Made by a program: the position numbers and the translations under genes. Below, one piece after another: positions 35,265 through 45,427 of a DNA stretch of 64,000 bases. Under the pieces are notes generated by a model that had not been told where the DNA came from, made no database searches, and saw nothing but the letters and a program-made list of their open reading frames with translations. Position 1 is the stretch's first letter. Every line of letters starts with the position of its first letter. Origin of the DNA: Mobula hypostoma (Eukaryota); contig NC_086118.1 in the NCBI RefSeq assembly GCF_963921235.1, positions 12,526,001 to 12,590,000 on the forward strand, in the 5' to 3' direction.

Positions 35265-36867
35265 CAGTGGCATGCAAAAGTTTGGGCACCCCTGGTCAAA
35301 ATTTCCGTTACTGTGAACAGGAACTGATTTCCAAAAGGCATAAAGTTAAAGATGACACATTTCTTTAATATTTTAAGCAAGAAAACTTATTTTATTTCCA
35401 TCTTTTACGTTTCAAAATAACAAAAAAGGTAAAGGGCCCGAAACAAATGGTTGGGCACCCTGCATGGCAGTACTTAGTAACACCCCCTTTGGCAAGTATC
35501 ACAGCTTGTAAATGCTTTCTGTAGCCAGCTAAGTCTTTCAATTCTTATTTGGGGGATTTTCACCTATTCTTCCTTGCAAAAGGTTTCTAGTTCTATGAGA
35601 TTCTTGGGATGTCTTGCATGCACTGCTCTTTTGAGGTCTATCCACAGATTCTCGATGATTTTCATGTCAGGGGACTGTGAGGGCCATGGCAAAACCTTAA
35701 GCTTGCACCTCTTGAGGTAGTCCATTGTGGATTTTGAGGTGTGCTTAGGATCATTATCCTGTTGTAGAAGCCATTCTCTTTTCATCTTCAGCTTTTTTAC
35801 AGACAGTGTGATGTTTGCTTCCAGAATTTGCTGGCATCTAATTGAATCCATTCTTCTCTCTACTAGTGAAATGTTCCCCGTGCCACTGGCTGCAACACAA
35901 GCCCAAAGTATGATCGATCCACCCCCATGCTTAACAGTTGGAGAGGGGTTCTTTTCATGAAATTCTGCACCCTTTTTCCTCCAAACATACCTTTGCTCAT
36001 TGAGGCGAAAAAGGTCTATTCAAAGGTTCAAAGGAACATCTAAACAGACCTGATGCATTTTGGAAACAAGTCCTGTGGACTGATGAAATTAAAATAGAAC
36101 TTTTTGGCCACAATGTGCAAAGGTATGTTTGGAGAAAAAAGGGTGAAGATTTTCATGAAAAGAACCGCTTTCTAATTATTAAACACGGGGGTGGATCGAT
36201 CATGCTTTGGGCTTGTATTGCAGCCAGTGGCACGGGGAGCATTTCACTTGCAGAGGGAAGAATGAATTAAATTAAATACCAGCAAATTCTGGAAGCAAAC
36301 ATCACGCCGTCTGTAAAAAAGCCAAAGGTGAAAAGAGGATGGCTTCTGCAACAGGATAATGAACCTAAACACACCTCAAAATCCACAATGGACTACCTCA
36401 AGAGGTGCAAGGTGAAGGTTTTGCCATGGCCCTCACAATCCCCTGACCTAAACATCATCGGGAATCTGTGGATAGACCTCAAAAGGCAGTGCATGCAAGA
36501 CATCCCAGGAATCTCACAGGACTAGAAGGCTTTTGCAAGGAAGAATGGGCAAAAATCCCCCAAACAAGAATTGAAAGACTCTTAGCTGGCTACAAAAAGC
36601 GTTTACAAGCTGTGATACTTGCCAAAGGAGGTGTTACTAAGTACTGACCATGCAGGGTGCCCAAACTTTTGCTTCGGGCCCTTTTCCTTTTTTATTATTT
36701 TGAAACTGTAAAGGATGGAAACAAAAAAAGTATTCTTGTTTAAAATATTGAAGAAATGCGTCATCTTTAACTTTATGCCTTTTGGAAATCGGTTCATCTT
36801 TTACTCGCTTAGCTATTCACAGTAACAGAAATTTTGACCGGGGTGCCCAAACTTTTGCATGCCACTG
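35265..36867. mobile_element. Tc1 (DD34E, IR/DR type) fold-back derivative, non-autonomous
   Basis: Termini CAGTGGCATGCAAAAGTTTGGGCACCCC / GGGGTGCCCAAACTTTTGCATGCCACTG. TA on the left and CA on the right (mutated TSD). Both arms encode QQDN.PKH..WPSQSPD.NII.NLW in opposite orientations. Confidence 0.92.
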
Positions 36868-37879
36868 CATATATAGCCTCTGGTGTGTGGCAGAATCAGT
36901 GGCGGGGCGGGGGGGGTGGGGTGGCATTGAAGAGAATGTGGGAGAATTAAAGAAAATAGGATTATTGTGGGATTTATACCAATGGATAATCGCTGGTCAG
37001 TGCAGATCTGATGGGTTAAAGGGCCTGTTTCTGTTCTGTAACTCTATTCCAGAATTCCTCTAGCTCTGTTGTAGAGAAATAAATAACTTTGCTCTAATTA
37101 TAGGATTAAGGCTCCAGGATGTCTACGAACCAAATTTTTTTTTAACACTAGCAATTATTATTTTAAAGACATTGCTTTCAACAAATCTCATCTGTACTCA
37201 AGAAAATGCACAATTAACCTACGCAACTATAACACATTTCACTTCATTATTGAATTAGAGGAAGCTTTGAGGAAAGAGTACAAGAGTTTGGTTTTAGATT
37301 GGGACATGCACAGATAATGGGAACTGGTAGGGAGGACAAGATTCTGAAAGGTATCGTTTTCCCCAAATAGAAGGGGGAATTATGCTTTGAGAAACAGATT
37401 AACAGAACAGATTCAGAATGACAGAGTGAGAATGAAATAATATAAAACTCTATAAATGAGGCTAGAAAGTGATTCAGACATGAGACAGTGGGGTAGCTGA
37501 GCAGAGAATAAACACAAGGCCACCAGCCAGTTGAACAGCATTTACCCGAGCTCCCTTCTGTTTCACCGTAGGTGTTGCTCAGTCCCCTTTTCTGTGCCTT
37601 CATTTGGATGTATGATTCTTTCTGTCATTTCCTCCTTGTAACTAGGCAGTGGGTGAAGTCAATAAGGGGAAAACATCTGTGTGGGAGGATGTCAGTAGTT
37701 GCAGGGATGTTTTCACTCTGGGCTTGGCTCAGAAAATCATGCCACCTATGACCAGTTTTTAAAAAATCAGCAGCAAAATGAACACAAATAAACGCAGTCT
37801 GTTGAATCCAGAATCTATGCCAGAGAATTCCCGTCTGGAACCTGATTTAAGATGTCAGAAAAGATTTGTAGCCCTGGTT

Positions 37880-40800
37880 GAGAATGTTGTTGTCGAGTGG
37901 CTCGCCGAGCTGGCTTGTAGACGTTTCGTTATCCAGCTAGGCAACATCACCAGTGCAACGTCAAATGAAATGTTGGTGAACTACATTGTTCGTCTTTTAT
38001 GTCCTGTGATTAGTTTGTTTGTGTGCGTGTGGGTATATGTGTAAGCAGAGAGCACTATGCAGCATACAGCATGCACTAACTACAAGCACTGCTACACTAA
38101 TGCACCACTGCACTAGACGCTTCACACACACCCTGTGAGCAAATACTCCCACCCACATTCTGCTGAGGTGGGCTGAACATTTTAACACTCCGCTTAATCA
38201 GGACTCTGACACAGACCCCACCATCCTGGAAGAGCTACCTGAACTTCCTCCTATCCACGACCTCAGTCTACCACCAACCTTCCAGGAGGTTCTATCAGCT
38301 GTCCATTCCCTTAAGAACAACAAGACCCCTTGCACTGACAATATCCCTGCTGAGTTACTGAAGAACGGAGGGTACATGTGTATGTGTACCCTCTACCAGT
38401 ACATCACCAAGGCCTGGACTGATGAGAACACACCATAGCAATGGAGAAATGCAAACATCATTGTCATTTATAAGAACAAGGGTGACAAGGCCATCTGCGG
38501 CAATAGTAGGGGCATATCACTCCTTTCTGTTGCTGGAAAGGTGCTGGCTAAGGTGATGCTTCAGAGACTCATCAGCAACATCACCGAGTCAACGCTGCTT
38601 GGGTCGCAGTGTGGATTTAGGAAGAACAGGAGCACGATCGACATGATCTTTACAGCCCGGCAGCTTCAGGAAAAGTGCCGGGAGCAACATCAGGACCTGT
38701 TTATGGCCTTTGTCGACCCCTCCGAAGCATTCGACACTGTGCAAAGAGAGCTCTTATGGGATGTCCTCCTCAGGTTTGGCTGTCCCAATAAATTTGTTAA
38801 CATCCTCCGCCAGTTCCACAATCAGATTACTGCTCGGGTGACCATAGGAGGACAAGAGTCCGAGCCCTTCCTTGTACGTATAGGGGTGAGGCGGGGTGTG
38901 TACTAGTGCCAGTGCTCTTTAATATCTTCCTTTTGTGTGTAACTAAGCTTCTCCACAACGAGATTGAAGACAGCAGCAGTGTGGCAGTGAACGTCAGATT
39001 AGATGGCAACCTCTTTGACATCAGGAGGCTCCACCAAGCTCCGTAGAGAGCGGGTCCTGGAGTTGCAGTATGCAGACGACTGTGCTGTCATGGCCCATAC
39101 TCTGGAAGATCGTCAGACTGTCCTTGCTGTGGCGGTGAGAGCGTACAGCAGGATGGAGCTGACTGTCAATACCACCAAGATAGAAGTGGTTTGTCAATGG
39201 AGGACCAGTGTCCCACCCACTCTACCTGCCTTCACTGTTGATGATGAAAAGCTGTCAGTAGTGCCATCCTTCAAATATCTGGGGAGCATTCTCTCTGAGG
39301 ATAGCGGCATTGACAATGACATCCAGAGCCGCATTAAACAGGCATCAGCTGCCTTTGGGAGACTTCAGCACAGAGTCTTTCAGAACAGGAGCCTTCGTCC
39401 CTCCACAAAGGTTGCCGTATACCGAGCGGTCTGTGTCACCACCCTCCTTTATAGCTGTGAAGCTTGGGTAACCTACAGCCGTCACATCAAGTCCTTGGAG
39501 CGCTTCCACATAAACTGCCTCCAGTGCATCCTGGGAATTACCCGGTGTGAGCAGGTGCCTCACACTGAAATACTTGTAAAGACCAACTGCAGGAATATTG
39601 AGGCCATGATCACCCAGCGTCAGCTGCAGTGGCTGGGGCGCGTGATAAGGATGCCCCCATGTCGGCTACCTGCAGAGTGTTACACAGCCAGCTACATCAT
39701 GGTCGATGCTCAGCTGGAGGGGCGAAGAAGCGCTATAAGGATCAGATGAAGAATGCTTTAAGGAAGTGCAAGATCAGACCCGAGAACATGGAAGAGGTTG
39801 CTGCTGACCATACCACTTGGCGACAGCTATGTAGGGATGGGGTTTATATTCTGGAGGTGGAAAGAACAACCAGAAGGCAGCAGAAGAGAGCCAGGAGAAA
39901 TGCAGCCATGGTTGCCACCACTACCACCACTACCACATATACATGTCACAGCTGCAATAGAGCTTGTGGGTCCAGGATAGGACTGCATAGTCATCAAAGA
40001 TCTCACCGATAAAGGAGTGGACGTCATCATTGGATTTTGATGGACAACCGAAGAGAGAGAAGAGAGGGTATATGTGCCATTTCTATTGGTTACCGATTAT
40101 GTATTCAGCAATTGGTTCGTTAAAATCCTATTTGGAGATAATTGTTGTCCGGGCTACGTTAGTCGACCGTTAACGTCGTCCTCATTGATGGACGTTTGTA
40201 ATCAGGTGTGAATTGGCTCTCGGCTCTGGACTGACGACTTGACACTGAAGTGGGATGTAAACCAGGTTTATTTTGACGTGCTTATTGATAGAATTCTGTG
40301 TAAATTCAGAAAGAATTCTCGGGCTTATCCTTGACAGGCTTAGCCTACCAGTCGAATTGATGTGCTTCGCTGTCACAATGTGTAGATATAAGGAAAAGTT
40401 GATCATGACGGTTTCCAGCCAGTTGGTGTTCGTGTACCCTTGTTGATAGCTTCCTACCAGTCTGTCCAATATAATGTTTGTTGTAGTTGGCACATGGAAT
40501 TTTTTATATGGTGTTCGTTCTGTGCATCATAGGTGGGACATCGTCTATTGTTGATGGACATTGGCGTGGTATGGCTGTAGGTTTGTGTGCTACTGTGATG
40601 TCAAATGGTTGCAGAAATCTATTGGACATTTCCAATATGTTCTTGATGTAGAGTAGGGTGACCAGCTTGGTTGGACATCGTGCGCTTCTTTGATTTTGTC
40701 GGCTGGACGAACAGCGCCAAACAAAATTCCTTGAGTATTCAGTGTTCTTGAAAACTTTGTGGAGATGTTCTTCTTTACTTTTCCGTAGTAATACTATGCT

Positions 40801-41388
40801 ACAATGTGTACTGGCCTATTTGAATAATGTCCTGACGCAGCTTTGCTTGCGGACGCCTGGGTGGTTGCTGTGGAAATTGAGTATTTGATCTGTGTGAGTT
40901 GCCTTTCAGTAGACACTAGTTTGAAATTCGCCGTTGACTTGTTGTTCAGCCAATACATCTAAGAATGGAAGTCGGTTGTTATTGTTCTCTGGTGAACTTG
41001 ATTCTGGTAAAGACATTGTGACAGTGAAACACATCAATTCAACTGGACCAATGTCACTATCCTAAATCAAGCCCGTCAACGATAAGCCCAAGAATTCTTA
41101 GAGGCTTTATTCTCCACACAGAATTCTATCAACAAGCACATCAAAATAAACCAGGTTTACATCCCACTTTCACGTAAAGTCGTCAGTCTAAAGACAAGAT
41201 CTAATTCACACCTGACTACACACAAACAATGAGGACGACATTAATCCTACATAACGGTCGACTAGCACAGCCCAGACAACAATTATCACCTAATCGGATT
41301 TTAACAAACCAATCGTAGATTACATAATCAGTAACCAATAGAAATCAATCTCTCTCACACTCACTGGAATTTGCACTGTTGATGTTGG
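37880..41388 (-). mobile_element. Penelope-like element with inverted pseudo-LTR, interrupted by an RTE LINE
   Basis: Minus-strand RT-thumb/EN remnants at 40300-41010. Segment 41013-41345 is the reverse complement of about 40079-40382. Hammerhead motif at 37915-37958. Confidence 0.8.
38042..40065 (+). mobile_element. RTE-clade LINE, 5'-truncated
   Basis: QCGFRKNRSTIDMIFTARQLQEKCREQ, LELQYADD, FKYLGS, TLLYSCEAW, and C-terminal YTCHSCNRACGSRIGLHSH. GA-rich tail. Perfect 11-bp TSD GGGTATATGTG (38031-38041 / 40066-40076). Confidence 0.95.
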
Positions 41389-41573
41389 CATTTCAATCAT
41401 CCAAACATCAGGTCCTTCCTTGCTCCAAGACCTAGGCCCTGTTTGCATTGATGTACTCTGGGCCTGGACCCTCTCTGTTAGTGAGGAAGGTAAAATGATG
41501 AAGAAGATGTGCAGATTATGGATGGAGAGAGGTTAGAGGAGGTTACAATTGCTGTCAGAGATTTCTGTCAAGG

Positions 41574-41682
41574 GAAGGTCCCAGTCACCTATGGGGATTC
41601 AGTGGTGGTGATGGGAGGAAGGTAATGAAGGTCCCAGTCACCAATGGGGATTCAGTGGTGGTCATGGAGGGCTGATAATGAA
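41574..41682. repeat. 53-bp tandem duplication
   Basis: GAAGGTCCCAGTCACC(T/A)ATGGGGATTCAGTGGTGGT occurs at 41574 and 41627. Confidence 0.85.
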
Positions 41683-41861
41683 GGAAGGAAGCAGACAGAT
41701 TGCATGGGAATGTGTTGCTGCCTAGATTTTTGGGATTGGATGAAAATTTCAAGTCAAGTCACTTGGATCTATTATCATGTGCACAAGCGTGGTGAGGTAC
41801 AGCGTCAAAGAAAAACCTGTTTGCTGCAAACACCATGCGTACGTTGATTCAGATAACACAC

Positions 41862-43855
41862 TGTGATTGTCCCGCCCAAACAGCGGCAGGCATTCTAGTT
41901 CCCCAGAGTATGAGTAGCTGCTACTGTCCCTTTAAGACTCAGACTGCCAGTTATTGCCTGACACATTCCTTCATGGAATCTCTGTACTTAAGGGCTGAGC
42001 ATTCAGTGTTCAATTGTAATTTGGATTTTATTTCTATCATCTTGTTTGTTTTGAGCCTGAATCTGAGCTTATTCTGGACCTGACTGCACTTGGGTTCACC
42101 ATTGTCCATAGCTCTCTCATTGCAGCATGATTGAACCATTATGAATCTAGCAGACTATGAATATCTGTGGACTGTATTGTCCTACCAGGGAGCAACTGTA
42201 GGTAAACACGGCAATATGCTTGAGGAGATCCTCAATCCTCACCGCTCTTTGGTAGGTAGGATCTGAGTTTGGCTGGACTGGCTGCCAGTTCTGGGCACGT
42301 TCAAACTGGAGAATCCATCAATACTCATGAGGCATCGCTGCACCTACCAGCTCCTGAGTAGTATGACAGTAACATCAAAGTATGCCAAGAATTCCTGGTA
42401 CAATGCTCCTTGACCTCTGCGTTCCAGCCATCGGAGTTCCAGTCAGAATGCAGTAAGGTAGTGTACATTATCTCACTCCTTACTGGAAGAAACTTTGCCT
42501 GAGCCACTGCATTTTGAGAGAAGGATTCACCTACTTCTGCCAGTGCAGATCTCCTCAGAGACTTGAGTGTGTTATATCATTCTGTCAGAGGACATGGGTC
42601 TATGATAAAACTCAACCTGTGGCAGGGGAATCAGTCTGATGCCTCTTGAGGCAGAGCTAAGTAGTTTTGGCGCCGAACGGCGACTCCTTTGCTTGCATCT
42701 TCAAAAACGGTTCTATTTCCATCTTTAATATCTCTATTTTTCCATTTCAGGGTTCTTTTGAATGCCCTGACCTGCAGTTACACACTGACTATGGTTCTTT
42801 GCGGGAATGTGACCTGCTCTTGGGGTTCCACGATTGGCCGCTATTCAGCATGCCAAAGGATTGGCCTAAGATTTTGGCACGGATTCAGAAGCCTGGGATG
42901 TCGAGGAACTGGAGATAGGCAGATCAAGGGTCAGTGTCACTACAGGAGACCCGTGTGTCGTTGGGGGAGTCGGAAAATCTGCTGTGTGCCCGTGAACCCG
43001 GGATCTTTGCAATCTTTAGGCACAGAGCTCGAAAAAAGTGATGTAATGGACTTTTAACATCGTAAACCAACGAGTTGTTTGTTATGTCTCCCTGCTCGTT
43101 GGAAAATGGAGTCACCTCTTTCTCCTTATTAGGAGAGAGAGCGAGCCTGCAGCATGTTGAATTATAGAGTGAACAATGTAGTCTTTGGGATAACTGCAAG
43201 TCTCTGTCTTTGCTATTGCTTTGCTCATGCTTCAGTGCTGGTAGCGGGTGCATTTTACTTTTGCCAGTGAGGGGAAGGGAATTGTTGCTTGCTGCTGCTT
43301 ATGTGCGGGAGGGAGGGGAGCTGGGGGGGACTTTGGCGTTCTAACATTTAACTGTCATTCATACTTTGGGGCACTCCTCTGTTTTCATGGATGGTTGTGA
43401 ATAAAAAGCATTTCAGGATGTATATTGTATACATTTCTCTGACATTAAATTGCACCTTTGAACCTTTGAATTTTGTACCTTGGCCGCAGCGAGCGGTTGG
43501 AAAATGGAAGCTCTATCTCAAAAGGTATTGAGCGATGAGCTAAAGGATGCCCTTGTGGCCAAAGACCTAGGGAATATTATGGATCTGGCTATTCAACTCA
43601 ATATCCAATTAATAGAAAGGAGGGGTTATTCCAAAAAGAGTCTTCCCCCTGACTATTCTATGTCCTCTCCTATTCCCTGGGCTAGGATTCCTCGACTGCT
43701 GCCGATCCGCGCCTCCGAGGAGCCAATGGAAGTAAACCAGACCAGGCTCCCTCAAGCTGAAAGAGAGAAAAAAGGAGGAAGAGGTACTGTATTTACTGTC
43801 CAATAATGTCCTGACAGTCAACTCGGGTTCACCACCACCCATAGCTCTCTCCTTA
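41862..43855 (+). mobile_element. sushi-type Ty3/Gypsy remnant (LTR + gag, pol deleted)
   Basis: gag N-terminus MNLADYEYLWTVLSYQGATVGKH from 42141 and gag C-terminus LSDELKDALV..DLAIQL..EEPMEVNQTRL. LTR-end motif GGGTTCACCA....CCATAGCTCTCTC at about 42092 and about 43825. Confidence 0.65.
42648..43470 (+). mobile_element. non-coding, non-autonomous retroelement, copy 1
   Basis: Collinear with 59663-60472. Ends ..GACATTAAA and a (CCTTTGAA)2 tail. Confidence 0.8.
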
Positions 43856-44449
43856 CGAATGCAGGTGATAAGTTATACATACATTATACTGTAAAAGATT
43901 TCTACATCAGTGTAAGTACTTTGCTTGTCCTATGGAATATTCCATTAATTGAAGTGTTTTAATTCCTTCACCTGTTAATCTTCTGCATTCAACTCTGGCA
44001 TCACACTGATGAATCTACACATATACATCTTTCCAGGAGTTCAGCACCCAGCTCTGAAATCCTCCACAAGGAATATGACTAAAGCTTTATGCATTTCATA
44101 CTCAACCTCCACACTCTGATCTTGCACTCACAGCCAAGCTTCCATTTTATATTTTGATTATTTTTCTTGTATCTGTGTATTTATTTTTCAATAATCCATG
44201 CTCTTTTACAACCAAATTGCTTTGCTCACCCACACCCTCCAGGGTTTCTCAACTGAGCAGTTAATTGTGTTGGCGTTTAGTAGAAGTATCATTTTCAGTC
44301 AGATATTTAATCATATAAAAATATTAAAAGTGTATGTTCTCCAACACCACACAAATTAAATGTTTTCTGCCTGGTTAATTAGAGACAGAAGAGGTGCAGT
44401 GTGGGTCAACAGTCTGAAGCAGTGAACTAGAGACTGGCCCTTCATCTTG

Positions 44450-44797
44450 AGTATTGGCCTAGTCATCAATACATCCTCCTGTAACTGGATCCTCGATTTC
44501 CTCACTTGCAGAAACCAGTCAGCACGAATTAGCAACATCTCCACAGTAGCTATCAGCACAGGTGCACCACAGGGCTCTGTGATTTGCCCCCTGCTCTACT
44601 TGTCCACTTATAACTGTAAGGCTAATACTTCTCCAGCACCATATTTAAGGTTGCGATGACATCACTGTTTTTGGCCAAATTGAAGGTGACGATGAATCAA
44701 CATATCGAAGGGAAATTGAAAATGTGGCTGAGTAGAGCCGCAGCAACACTCTCATTGAAGATCAGCAAATCAAAAGAGCTGATCGTTGACTGTAGGC
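44450..44797 (+). mobile_element. Rex1/Babar RT fragment
   Basis: [32 protein letters not shown]. Confidence 0.8.
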
Positions 44798-45199
44798 AGT
44801 TAGCAAATACATTGAATTAACAAATATATAGATAATAATTTCTGTGTTATTTCTGTTTTAAGTTATTTTACTTTTCCTTTTCTTGAATAAAGCTGAAAAC
44901 TTTTTTAAATGGCATTGCTAACCTTTAAATGATTTTGAACGTAGGTGAAAGTCAGAGGTATTTGTAAACAGCGTGACAGCTTTGACAGATAGTCTAGCCA
45001 GATGTCAGGAGCTTTTTGTGTGTGAGTGGGGCTTGTTAAGGCCCTGTCATGTAATGCCTTTTAGAGACAGACTGCCTGACTAAGAACAACTTTGTGGATG
45101 AAGATCTGAACAAGGCGGCTGAAGACCAAGAGATTAGCACCAAGTGAATGCAAGCACTTTACTTTCCTCAGGGAATTTTAGAATTTTATAATCTCACTT

Positions 45200-45360
45200 G
45201 TGTCTACAATTTATTCTGGGGAAAACTGAAGCACCAGGAGGAAATCCACACAGTCAGAGGGAGAACATGCAAATGCTAAACAAACAGAATTAGAGGTGAT
45301 TGAACTTGAATCATTGAAGTTGTGAGGCAGTAGCTCTAACAGTTGTGCTAATGTGCCACC
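45200..45360 (-). mobile_element. HE1-like V-SINE fragment
   Basis: GAAAACTGAAGCACCAGGAGGAAATCCACACAGTCAGAGGGAGAACATGCAAA..ATTGAAC..GTGCCACC. Confidence 0.65.
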
Positions 45361-45427
45361 CAAATATCCTGCCATGATGTGCCTTATCTGAATTTCTCAG
45401 CAAACAGATTCAGCAGAGCTTCTCGTT

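Noticed and set aside
37530..37690. Possible minus-strand exon (YKEEMTERIIHPNEG..)
   Set aside because: All frames hit stops between plausible splice sites, and the donors are weak.
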